From contig JBDROZ010000085.1 in NCBI GenBank assembly GCA_043809585.1, positions 1 through 46,389 on the forward strand: a DNA stretch of 46,389 bases, written 5' to 3'. Positions 27,922 to 36,810 of this stretch are shown here, piece by piece (the first letter of the stretch is position 1; each line of letters begins with the position of its first letter). Both the position numbers and the translations under genes were made by a program. Source of the stretch: Candidatus Eiseniibacteriota bacterium (GTDB lineage: Bacteria; Orphanbacterota; Orphanbacteria; Orphanbacterales; Orphanbacteraceae). The notes under the pieces are model-generated. The model did no database searches and was not told where the DNA came from. It was given only the letters and a program-made list of their open reading frames with translations.

Positions 27922-28719
27922 ATGAAGGCCATCGTCTGCGTGAAAGAGGTGCCCGAAACCCCCGATGGGGTCCGGGCCACCGATCAAGGCTACCTTTCGG
28001 CGAAGGAGGACGGGAGCTTCCTCGTCGACCCGATCGGGCCGTATGCCGTCGAGACCGCCCTTAGGCTCCGCGATCAAAAGGGGGGCGAGGTGGTGGTGAT
28101 CTGCCAGGGGACGGCCCGGGCGGAAAAGATCCTGAAGGAGTCGGCGCTCGCCGTCGGCGCGAACGAGGCCTTTCTCCTCGCCGACGACGCGATGAAAGGG
28201 GCCGATCCCCATGCCACGGCGCGGGCCCTTGCCGCCGCCATACGCAAGGTGGGAGGGTATGACATCGTCCTCTGCGGCGACCGCGCCGCGGACGACAACG
28301 CGGCGATCGTGGGGCCCGCCCTCGCGAGGCTTCTCGACATCCCCGCCCTGACCTTCGTGGACGAGATCCTCGAGTTCGACCCCGACGCCAAGACGATCAA
28401 AGTGGCCCGGGGGCTCGAGAACGGCCGGGAGATCGTCGAGTCCTCCCTGCCCGCGGTGGTGACCGTGATCAAGGGTATCTACGAGCTCCGCTATCCGTCC
28501 CTCCTCGGGATCCGGAAGGCGGCGAAGAAGGAAGTGCCGGCCTGGACCGCCGCCGATCTCGGCGAGGATCCGTCCGGCATCGGCATCGCCGGTTCTCCCA
28601 CCTTCATCCGGGCATTGAACCCGCCCCCCGCGGCGGGCGCGGTGGAGATGATCCAGGGGGAGCCGAAGGAAATGGCGGACGCGCTCGTGCGGAAGATCAT
28701 GGACGCGAAGATCCTGTAG
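27922..28719 (+). CDS. etfB: electron transfer flavoprotein beta subunit
   Basis: MKAIVCVKEVP, AVETALRL, DIVLCG..AAD, LPAVVTV, LRYPSL and GIAGSPT motifs. Confidence 0.95.
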   Translation: MKAIVCVKEVPETPDGVRATDQGYLSAKEDGSFLVDPIGPYAVETALRLRDQKGGEVVVICQGTARAEKILKESALAVGANEAFLLADDAMKGADPHATARALAAAIRKVGGYDIVLCGDRAADDNAAIVGPALARLLDIPALTFVDEILEFDPDAKTIKVARGLENGREIVESSLPAVVTVIKGIYELRYPSLLGIRKAAKKEVPAWTAADLGEDPSGIGIAGSPTFIRALNPPPAAGAVEMIQGEPKEMADALVRKIMDAKIL

Positions 28720-28732
28720 GGAGGCGGCTACG

Positions 28733-29707
28733 ATGGCGGAATCGATTTGGGTTGTGGCGGAACGCGCGGCCTCCGGGATTTCGCGCGCGACGAAAGAGGC
28801 GATCGGCAGGGCGAAGGAGCTCGCCGGCGGTCCGGTCGCGGCGGTGCTCTGCGGTTCGGGGACGGACGGAGAGATCGAAGAACTGAAGAAAGCGGGCGCC
28901 GGCCGGGTGATCGTTCTCGAGGACCCGCGGCTCGTCCCGCACCGTGTCGACGTTTGCGCGCCGGCCCTCGCGGCGCTCGTGAAGGAGAGGAACCCCGAAG
29001 CGGTCTTCATCCCCGGCTCCATGAGCGGCCGGGAACTGGGCGCCGCCCTCGCCACCGATCTCGGCGGCGGAGCCGTGCAGGACTGCGTCGACCTGACGAG
29101 GGAGGGCGACAAGCTCATCGGTAAGCGCCCCTGCTTCGGCGGAAACCTGACGGCGGAAGTCGAGAACCGCTCGGCGGGGACCAAGGTGTTCACATTGAAG
29201 CCGAAGGCGTTCCCCCTCCCTCCGGAAGGGGACGGGGCGGGCGAGACGGAAAAGGTCGCGGCGGCCCTTCCCGCGGGGGATCTCCGGGCGAAGGTGCTCG
29301 AGGTCGTCCGGGAAGCGGGGAAGACGATCAACCTGGAAGAGGCGGACGTGATCGTCGCCGGTGGACGGGGGCTCGGCAAACCGGAGGGCTTCGACACCCT
29401 CCGGGAACTCGCCGACGTGCTCGGCGGGGCGATCGGCGCCTCCCGGGCGGTCGTCGATTCCGGTTGGATTCCTTATCCCCACCAGGTGGGTCAGACGGGC
29501 AAAACGGTGAAGCCCAAGCTCTACATCGCGTGCGGGATCTCCGGCGCCATCCAGCACCTCGCGGGCATGCGGACGGCCGACAAGATCGTCGCGGTCAACA
29601 AGGACGCCAACGCGCCGATCTTCAAGGTGGCCCACTACGGTCTCGTGGGGGATCTCTTCGAGATCGTTCCGCTTCTGACGGAGGGGTTCCGGAAGGCCCT
29701 GCAGTAG
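28733..29707 (+). CDS. etfA: electron transfer flavoprotein alpha subunit
   Basis: [45 protein letters not shown] and NKDANAPIF motifs. Confidence 0.97.
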   Translation: MAESIWVVAERAASGISRATKEAIGRAKELAGGPVAAVLCGSGTDGEIEELKKAGAGRVIVLEDPRLVPHRVDVCAPALAALVKERNPEAVFIPGSMSGRELGAALATDLGGGAVQDCVDLTREGDKLIGKRPCFGGNLTAEVENRSAGTKVFTLKPKAFPLPPEGDGAGETEKVAAALPAGDLRAKVLEVVREAGKTINLEEADVIVAGGRGLGKPEGFDTLRELADVLGGAIGASRAVVDSGWIPYPHQVGQTGKTVKPKLYIACGISGAIQHLAGMRTADKIVAVNKDANAPIFKVAHYGLVGDLFEIVPLLTEGFRKALQ

Positions 29708-29710
29708 GGG

Positions 29711-31567
29711 TCAGCGGGTTCCGTTCCCGTCGAAGAAACGACCCACCCAAGCGGGCGGCGGGCCCTCCCCCTCCGAGGAGACGGGAGCGTCCGCCGCTCT
29801 TCTTTCGATCATGGCCGACAGCTCCCGGCGGATTTCCGGTCTTTCCCGGGACCGGTCGATCGCCTCGCCGGGATCGGCCTCGAGGTCGTAGAGCTCCTCG
29901 CCGAAGCCCGTCTCCCCGGGCGTCCGGATCAGCTTCCAACCGTCCTTCCGGATCGCCGTCAGGATCCCGGCGAGCCCCTCCACCGGACGCCTCTCGTTTT
30001 GCCGCGGGAGCAAGGTGACGCCCGACTCGGCCATCAACGGGAGGTCTCGAAAATCCTCGGGCCTCTCCACGGCGCCCATCAGACTTCGCCCGTCCACGCC
30101 CGGCGCCACGCCGAGGTGGAGGACGTCGAGGACCATGGGTAGAAGATCGATGGTACGGACCTGGCCCGAGACGATCTGGCGGGGCAGGTTGGCGGCCCGC
30201 ACCAGCATGGGCACGTGCAGCGAGGGGTCGTAAAGGAACTCCCCGTGATCGAACCAGTACCCATGCTCGCCGAGGCTCTCTCCTTGGGTTCCGGTCACGA
30301 GGATCAGTGTGTCGTGGATCTTGTCGCTCGCCTCGAGGCTCTCGACGAGGCGGCCGATCATCCGGTCCACCGAGCGGATCTCGGCGTCGTAGAGGGCGAT
30401 CGCCCACGCCCGGTCGGCGTCGCCGAGGGGCCGGTGGCCGAAGACGCGGCAGCCCCGGGTCGGCCGGTAGTCGAAGACCTCCCCGTACGGCCCGCGGTAG
30501 ATTCCCTCCGCGAAGAGCCGGTCCTCTCCGGGCGGCTCGTAAGGCATGGCCGCTTCCGGGTAGTGGACCCAGAGAAGGAAGGGGCGCTTCTTCCTCTCCT
30601 CCGTCCACTCAATGGCCTCCCGGGTGCGGGCCTCCGCCGTGAGGTCCTGTCCCTCCACGAACTGGTCGAACCCCTGATCGAGACCGCTTGCCCCTTCGGG
30701 GAAGGGGATGCCGACGAAGGCGCCGGTGGCGTACCCCTTGTCGCTCAGGATCTCGGCGAGGGTCACCTCCGCCGGGGGCAGGGGGTCCCAGACGCGTCGG
30801 ACGCCGTGGGTCGAGGGGGACCGTCCGGTGAGTATCGAAGCGAGGGAGGGGTGTTCCCGAGGAGAGACGGTAAAGGCCCGCGTGAAGAGGATCCCCTCCG
30901 AGGCGAGCCGGTCGAAGGTCGGGCTCGTCCGCCGGAGGTACCCGTACGCCTCGAGATGATCGGGCCGGATGGACCCGGCGGTCACGAGCACCACATTGGC
31001 TCCCCGGGGGAAGTTCTTCGTGTAATTGATGTACGCCGCGCTGTTCGCCGCGGCGAGCAGGAAGAGGATGCCCACCACGAGCCGGAGCGTGAACCCTCGG
31101 AGGAGGGTGGAGAAGAGGGGAAAAGCCTCGAAGAAGATCCGCGCCGCGGCGAGACAGGCGAGGAGGACGATGGCGGCCCGGCCCGCGCCCAGGAAGAACG
31201 GGAAATCGAGTGAGAGCTTCTCGGACGCCGCTCCGGCGAAAAGGGGCATTCTCATGGCCGCCGCCGAGAGGGCCACGAAGAACAGGATCGACGCGATCCA
31301 TCGGAACGAGCGGGGGGCGATCCGGGAGAGAAGATAGAGGCAGAATGCCGCCGGAACGCCGAAGGCCACGAAGAGGAAGAACGCGCCGTTCAGCTCGTCC
31401 ACGAAGCGGGCGAGGGCGATGTTGGTCAGGCCCTTCTCGATGTACCCGTTGGCGGAGATCGCCGAGAGACCGTCGGCGATGCCGAGGAGGAAACCGATCA
31501 AGGCGACGATGGAAATGCCCGACCGGAAGTGGTCGGCGGACATCTTCTTCCTCTTGGATCCGATCAT
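29711..31567 (-). CDS. membrane-anchored sulfatase-fold protein with degenerate metal site
   Basis: About 5 N-terminal TM helices, then a sulfatase scaffold (NVVLVT, TSPTFDRLASEG, YDAEI, GESLGEHG, LHVPML, ELYDL..DPGE). Confidence 0.85.
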   Translation of the reverse strand: MIGSKRKKMSADHFRSGISIVALIGFLLGIADGLSAISANGYIEKGLTNIALARFVDELNGAFFLFVAFGVPAAFCLYLLSRIAPRSFRWIASILFFVALSAAAMRMPLFAGAASEKLSLDFPFFLGAGRAAIVLLACLAAARIFFEAFPLFSTLLRGFTLRLVVGILFLLAAANSAAYINYTKNFPRGANVVLVTAGSIRPDHLEAYGYLRRTSPTFDRLASEGILFTRAFTVSPREHPSLASILTGRSPSTHGVRRVWDPLPPAEVTLAEILSDKGYATGAFVGIPFPEGASGLDQGFDQFVEGQDLTAEARTREAIEWTEERKKRPFLLWVHYPEAAMPYEPPGEDRLFAEGIYRGPYGEVFDYRPTRGCRVFGHRPLGDADRAWAIALYDAEIRSVDRMIGRLVESLEASDKIHDTLILVTGTQGESLGEHGYWFDHGEFLYDPSLHVPMLVRAANLPRQIVSGQVRTIDLLPMVLDVLHLGVAPGVDGRSLMGAVERPEDFRDLPLMAESGVTLLPRQNERRPVEGLAGILTAIRKDGWKLIRTPGETGFGEELYDLEADPGEAIDRSRERPEIRRELSAMIERRAADAPVSSEGEGPPPAWVGRFFDGNGTR

Positions 31568-31644
31568 GGTTCACCTCCCCGTGCCGGGGAGTCTAGCATA
31601 CCGTCCGTGGGGGGCTCCCGGGCCTTTTGGCGTCCATTTCGGTG

Positions 31645-31674
31645 TTGACCGTCCCTCCGGCGTTGGCTTACCAT
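31645..31674 (+). promoter_or_regulatory. sigma70-type promoter of the bactofilin gene
   Basis: TTGACC-N18-TACCAT. Confidence 0.5.
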
Positions 31675-31716
31675 ACGAGTCGGTATTGCAAGTCTCGAAC
31701 CTGAAAAGAGTTGGAA

Positions 31717-32145
31717 ATGGCCAAGAACGAATTCGGGGAGGGAGCGGCCAACGTGTCTTCGATCATCGCCGAAGGGTGCTCCGTAAACGGCACCATCAGC
31801 GTAAGCGGCAGCATCCGGGTGGACGGTCAGTTCGAAGGCAAGCTGACCGTCGCCGACAATCTCGTCATCGGAAAGAGCGGCAAAGTCCGCGCCGAGGTGG
31901 AAACCAAGATCGCCAGCATCGCGGGGACCCTGAGCGGCGAGATCAACGCGAAGGAGGGCGTGAAGCTCCAGAGCGGATCCCGCTTCGAGGGTAACATCTA
32001 CACCCAGAACTTGGTGATCGAGGAAGGCGTCTACTTCGACGGCGGATGCTGGCGTTCGCGGGAGAAGGGCCCGAAGCGGCCGGCGGCCGGCGGCTCCGGC
32101 GGTGGGGTCCCGGCGCAGGGCAAACCGGCGATCGCCGGGGCCTGA
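31717..32145 (+). CDS. bactofilin (polymer-forming cytoskeletal protein)
   Basis: SIIAEGCSVNGTI..SGSIRVDGQFEG...LVIGKSGKV...LVIEEGVYFDG.C. Confidence 0.92.
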   Translation: MAKNEFGEGAANVSSIIAEGCSVNGTISVSGSIRVDGQFEGKLTVADNLVIGKSGKVRAEVETKIASIAGTLSGEINAKEGVKLQSGSRFEGNIYTQNLVIEEGVYFDGGCWRSREKGPKRPAAGGSGGGVPAQGKPAIAGA

Positions 32146-32269
32146 TCCCCCCCGCGCCCGCATACTCTCTCTCGCCCCGCCGCGGGTCTCCGTCCCGTTC
32201 CGCTCGGCCCGACGGCCGGGCGCCGGGTCTTGCGCCTCGTACCCCCGCCCCGATCCCGGAGGTATCGCC

Positions 32270-32758
32270 TTGAAGCGGATCGCCGTGGTCATCACCGTGA
32301 GCGACGGCGTCTCCCGGGGGGAGAGGGAGGACGGGAGCGGGCCCGAAGCGGTCCGCCGGCTCGAAGCGAACGGCTTCGTCGTGGCGGCGCTCGAAGTGGT
32401 TCCCGACGAAATCCCCGCGATCCAGGAGAAGATCCGCACGCTCATGGGGACCCACGGTCCCTCTCTTCTCGTGACCACCGGCGGCACCGGTTTCGCCCCC
32501 CGGGACGTGACGCCCGAAGCGACTCTCCCTCTGATTCAGAGGCGGGCCCCCGGCGTGGAGGAACGGATCCGCAGCGCCGGCCAGGCGCGGGGAATCGCCA
32601 CCGCCGCGCTCGGGCGGGGGATCTCCGGCATCGCCGGAAGCACCTGGATCGTGAACCTTCCCGGGAGCGTCGGGGGCGTCAAGGACGGACTCGACGCGAT
32701 CGCCCCCCTGCTCGACCACGCCCTCCACGAGCTCGAGGGGGGCGGCATCCACGGCTGA
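32270..32758 (+). CDS. MogA/MoaB family molybdopterin adenylyltransferase
   Basis: ITVSD, D.SG, VPDE, TTGGTGFAPRDVTPEAT and NLPGS motifs; TTG start with GGAGG RBS. Confidence 0.92.
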   Translation: MKRIAVVITVSDGVSRGEREDGSGPEAVRRLEANGFVVAALEVVPDEIPAIQEKIRTLMGTHGPSLLVTTGGTGFAPRDVTPEATLPLIQRRAPGVEERIRSAGQARGIATAALGRGISGIAGSTWIVNLPGSVGGVKDGLDAIAPLLDHALHELEGGGIHG

Positions 32759-32938
32759 CGATTCCCCGGCCGATTCCTCGGTCCGCGGCCGTCGATGCTC
32801 GCGAAAAATGAACAGGCTAGAAATGATGCCGCGGCCGGTGTCATGGGCGGAAACGCTCGATGATGGGGAGCGAGGCTTCTGGGGAGAGGACGAGAGTCCC
32901 GACGGACGATCCCCTCCGCGCCCTCTGTCGCTCGGCCC

Positions 32939-34261
32939 CTACTCCCCGGCGCCGCCGGTCGGTTCGACCTTCGCTCCGTGGGGAAGGCGGATCGTGAAGA
33001 CGCTCCCCTCGCCCTCGGCGGAAGCCACCCGGACCGACCCGCTCTGGCCCTCCACGATCTCCTTCACGAGAGACAAACCGATGCCCGCCCCGCCATGCCG
33101 CCGGGTGTCGGAACCGTCGGCCTGGCGGAACGGATCGAAGATCGCCCCGATCGCCCCGTCGGGAATGCCGACGCCCTCGTCCCGCACCGTGATCTCCACC
33201 CCATCCCGGTCGGTCCGGCTCTCGATGCGGACTTTGCCGTCCTCGTGGGAGAACTTGATCGCGTTGTCGATGAGGTTCCGGATCGCCCGTTTCGTCCGGT
33301 CCCGGTCGAAACGCGTGGGGGGGAGTTCCGGAGAGAGCTCCAGATCGAGGGAGAGGTTCTTATCCTCCATGTCGATACGAAGGGACCGGGCGACCTCCTG
33401 CACGAGCTCGTTCAGGTCCCCCTCTTCGGCGACCATCCGTATTTTCCGGTGCGTGAACTCGGAGAGGTCGAGCACCTGATCGATCAGGTTCTTCAGGCGC
33501 TCGCTCTGTTTCAAGATGCTCACGGCGAATTCGAGACGCTTCTCCTCGTCCACCTGTGGGTAGCGCAGGCACTCGGCGAATCCGACGATGCAGGTGATCG
33601 GCGTCCGGAGCTCGTGGCCCACGTTGGAGAGGAACCGGGTCTTCATTTCGTCCATCTCCTTGAGGCGCTCGTTCTGCTCCTCCATGGCCCGGTTCGCTTG
33701 CTTCATCTCCTCGTACAGATCGGCGTTGTCCATGACGATCCCGGCGATGTCCAGGATCGAGCGGAGCATCTCGACCTCGTACGCGGAGAGAGGGGCCGAC
33801 TGGATTCGGTCGCCGAGCAGGAGGATCCCGTTCAGCTTCTCCTTGACCCGGATCGGGACGGCGTGACGCATGCGGTGTTTCCGGAGAAGCTCCACGGCGC
33901 TCACTTCCCGGTCGGGAAGGCCTTCCGCCCCGAGTTCCACCGGGTCCCGCACGACCCGCATTCGCCGGGCGAAGAGCCCCGAGGGCCGGAGATCGACGGA
34001 GTCCCGGATCTCGTCCGCTTTCAATCCCCGGGCGGTCATGCGGAAACGGTCTTCCCCGCCGTCCCGGGTGAGCAGAATGGCCCGGGAGACCGAGAGCAGG
34101 CCCATCACGGTGAGCAAGAGGAAGCTTTCGAGACGGCTCCGGTCCTGCACCACCATGAGGGAACGGGTCAGTTCGAGAAGGGTCTCCAACCCGAGAATGC
34201 GCTTGCGAAGATCCGCCGGGTTTTCCCGTTCCACGTCGATTCCGGTATTCGTTTCCGCCAT
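32939..34261 (-). CDS. cytoplasmic GAF-domain sensor histidine kinase
   Basis: GAF-like N-terminus; H-box NVGHELRTP, N-box NLIDNAIKF, DEGVGI, F-box and GAGIGL. Confidence 0.93.
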   Translation of the reverse strand: MAETNTGIDVERENPADLRKRILGLETLLELTRSLMVVQDRSRLESFLLLTVMGLLSVSRAILLTRDGGEDRFRMTARGLKADEIRDSVDLRPSGLFARRMRVVRDPVELGAEGLPDREVSAVELLRKHRMRHAVPIRVKEKLNGILLLGDRIQSAPLSAYEVEMLRSILDIAGIVMDNADLYEEMKQANRAMEEQNERLKEMDEMKTRFLSNVGHELRTPITCIVGFAECLRYPQVDEEKRLEFAVSILKQSERLKNLIDQVLDLSEFTHRKIRMVAEEGDLNELVQEVARSLRIDMEDKNLSLDLELSPELPPTRFDRDRTKRAIRNLIDNAIKFSHEDGKVRIESRTDRDGVEITVRDEGVGIPDGAIGAIFDPFRQADGSDTRRHGGAGIGLSLVKEIVEGQSGSVRVASAEGEGSVFTIRLPHGAKVEPTGGAGE

Positions 34262-34274
34262 GTTTCTCCAAGCC

Positions 34275-34664
34275 TCAGGCGCTCGGCTGCCCCTCGCCGT
34301 GAAGGAGATGGTGCAGCGCCTCGTTCCGGTCGCCTACGATCTCGAGGAATTCGCGCACGTTCAGAACGTCCAGGATTCTCCGGACCGACGCCGGCACGCT
34401 CAAGAAGGCGACGCCGCCGCCGTCGGTCTGCATCTCCTCCACGAGGGAGAGAAAGATCCCGATGCCCGCCGATCCGATGAAGTCGATCTCCTCGAGGTCG
34501 ATCAGGAACCGGGTGCAGCCGGCCGCCCGGACGTCCTCGATTTCCGTCAGCACGAGAGGGAGCCCCTCGGCGTCGAACCTGCCCCGGAGGCGGAGCTCGG
34601 CGATGAGCGGGTTCTCCCGGATCATCTTCGAATCGATCGTGAAGTGAGGGGTCGTCTGTTTCAT
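34275..34664 (-). CDS. STAS-domain anti-sigma factor antagonist (RsbV/SpoIIAA-like)
   Basis: LRGRFDA, IDLEEIDFIGSAGIG (phospho-Ser motif); ATGA overlap with the upstream gene. Confidence 0.9.
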   Translation of the reverse strand: MKQTTPHFTIDSKMIRENPLIAELRLRGRFDAEGLPLVLTEIEDVRAAGCTRFLIDLEEIDFIGSAGIGIFLSLVEEMQTDGGGVAFLSVPASVRRILDVLNVREFLEIVGDRNEALHHLLHGEGQPSA

Positions 34665-35221
34665 CCGCTGGCACCTCCGCCGCTCCTGGGGTCCGTGTCG
34701 CGCCCCGGAAGGCCGAGGCCCCGGGGGGAGAGCTTCTTGATGAGGAGGAGGTGGTTCTCCCCCCGGAGGGTCTTCCGGAAACGGATCCGGTCGACCGAGT
34801 TTCGGATCAGCTCCAGGCCGAGGCCGCGGCCCTGGAGTCGCACCCGCGGGTCCGTCACGTCCGGCGGGGGCACCTTCTCCGGGTCGACGCTCTTTCCCCG
34901 GTCGAGGAAAGAGAGAACCAGAAGGGAATCGCCGAACCGCACTCGAAGTACGATGCGGGCCTTCCGGTCGAACCCGTAGGCGTGTTCGATGATGTTGAGG
35001 CAGATCTCGTAGGCGGCGATCTCCGCCGCCCGCGTCTCCTCCACCGACAGGTCGTGCCTCTCGCACAGAACGGTGAGAAACGCGCACATGGGCCCGACGG
35101 AGTCGATGCGGGCCGGGATCTCCAGCCGGAACCACCCCCCCTCCCGGGGAGGGAGGAAGGGCACGCGGAGATCGGCCCGGAACGCCCCGGGGCGCCCCTT
35201 GGTGTCGGGAGTGCAATTCAT
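34661..35221 (-). CDS. anti-sigma factor Ser/Thr kinase (RsbW-like HATPase_c_2); start may be 35257
   Basis: EICLNIIEHAY, DRG, GRGLGL.LI...VD and N.L.LIK motifs. Confidence 0.9.
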   Translation of the reverse strand: MNCTPDTKGRPGAFRADLRVPFLPPREGGWFRLEIPARIDSVGPMCAFLTVLCERHDLSVEETRAAEIAAYEICLNIIEHAYGFDRKARIVLRVRFGDSLLVLSFLDRGKSVDPEKVPPPDVTDPRVRLQGRGLGLELIRNSVDRIRFRKTLRGENHLLLIKKLSPRGLGLPGRDTDPRSGGGASG

Positions 35222-35261
35222 AGGCACCTCGCTCCGATTATCGTCTTTCCGGTCCATTGCT

Positions 35262-36809
35262 TTACGCGCCCGCCCCGCGGGCCGCCGCGGCGCGCACCGC
35301 CGCGGTTCTCTTCACGACGAGAAGCGTCAGGTCGTCGCTCGGCGGGCGGGTCCCGACGAAGCGGCGGACGCCCTCGACCACGGCGTCCGAGATCCACCGG
35401 GAGGAGTTCCCCCCGTGCTCCCGGAGGATCCGGCGGAGGCCCTCGTCCCCGAACTCCTCCAGATTCCCGTTGGTCGCCTCGCTCACGCCGTCCGTGTACT
35501 GCACGAATCCCTCCCCCTCGCCGAGCTCGAGCACGGCGTTCTCGATCCGCTCGGCGAAACGGCCGTCCGAGAAGAGCCCGAGCGGAATGCCGCGCGTGCC
35601 GATCGGCTCCCCGAGCACTCCCCCCTCCCGGATCGGCAGGAGCGGATTGTGTCCGGCGCTGGCGAAGACGAACCGCCCGCTCGGCAGGTGGAGGACGCCG
35701 TAGAACATGGTGATGAACATCCCCCGCTTCATGTTCGGGTAGAGCATGTCGTTCAGGTGGACGAGCATCTCCGCGGGGGACTTGTACCGGGGGCCGTGGG
35801 TGCGGAGGAGGGCGCTCGTCATGGCCATGACCACCAGCCCGGGAACGCCTTTCCCCGCCACGTCCGCCACGGTGACGCCCACGTGCTCGTCGTCGAGAGG
35901 GATCAGGTCGTAGTAGTCGCCGCCCACGGCCTGCGCGGGCTGGTGGTATCCCGCCACGTCGTACCCCGGGAGCGCGAGGTTCGGACGGGGGAGCATCTTC
36001 TCCTCGATCTCGCGGGCGATCTCGAGCTCTACGCCGAGCCGCTCCTTCTCGACCAGGTCCCTCTGGGCTTCCTTCAGTCGGCCCGCCATCTCGTTGAACG
36101 TGTCCGCGAGACGCCCCACCTCGGTCACGCTTTTCACGGCGATGCGATAGTCCAGGTTGCCCCGGCCGATCTCCTCGGTCCCCTTCGTGAGCTGGTTGAT
36201 CGGCTTCACGATCCGGGAGACGAGGAAGACCGTGAAGATCAATCCGGCGAGGAGGGCGCCCCCCACGACGCGAAGGGTGCTCCGGCGGGCGTCCCTGACC
36301 GTGCGACGCAGGTGGTCTTTCTCCATGCCGAGGTGGACCCGTCCGAGGACCGACCCGTCCCGGAAGAGGATGGGCACCGACACCTCGAGAACCTCCTCGT
36401 CGTGACGGAACTCCTCCTCCCCCCGCCGGGCGAGGATGATCGGGAGGTCTTCGAGGGTCTCCCGGTCTTGGTACGGCTGGTCCACGTTTCTCTGGATCCG
36501 GTCCCCCCGAATCATCCCGTTCCGGTCGACCACGACCGCGTAAGCCAGCTCCCGGTTCTCTTCGAGGATATCCGTGATCAGCGGATGGAGGACGAACTCG
36601 GGGAACTGGTCGAGCAGGGGGGAGGCGGAGAGAGAGGCGAGGGACCTCCCCTGGGCGAGAAGGCGGGCCCGCACCTCCGATTCGAGCACCCCTTTTTCCC
36701 GCTCCACGATGATCCAGCCCGTCGCGAGGGTCAGTGCCGAGAGGAGCACTCCGACGGAGACGGCGAAGATCACCTGCAGGCTGACGATGGGGCGCCTCTT
36801 CGACTTCAT
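35262..36809 (-). CDS. membrane sensor PP2C phosphatase (periplasmic domain, HAMP, SpoIIE/RsbU-like)
   Basis: Two TM helices, HAMP (EVGRLADTFNEM), then VGGDYYD, ADVAGKG, SAGH, YTDGVSE and SDDLT. Confidence 0.95.
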   Translation of the reverse strand: MKSKRRPIVSLQVIFAVSVGVLLSALTLATGWIIVEREKGVLESEVRARLLAQGRSLASLSASPLLDQFPEFVLHPLITDILEENRELAYAVVVDRNGMIRGDRIQRNVDQPYQDRETLEDLPIILARRGEEEFRHDEEVLEVSVPILFRDGSVLGRVHLGMEKDHLRRTVRDARRSTLRVVGGALLAGLIFTVFLVSRIVKPINQLTKGTEEIGRGNLDYRIAVKSVTEVGRLADTFNEMAGRLKEAQRDLVEKERLGVELEIAREIEEKMLPRPNLALPGYDVAGYHQPAQAVGGDYYDLIPLDDEHVGVTVADVAGKGVPGLVVMAMTSALLRTHGPRYKSPAEMLVHLNDMLYPNMKRGMFITMFYGVLHLPSGRFVFASAGHNPLLPIREGGVLGEPIGTRGIPLGLFSDGRFAERIENAVLELGEGEGFVQYTDGVSEATNGNLEEFGDEGLRRILREHGGNSSRWISDAVVEGVRRFVGTRPPSDDLTLLVVKRTAAVRAAAARGAGA

Positions 36810-36810
36810 G

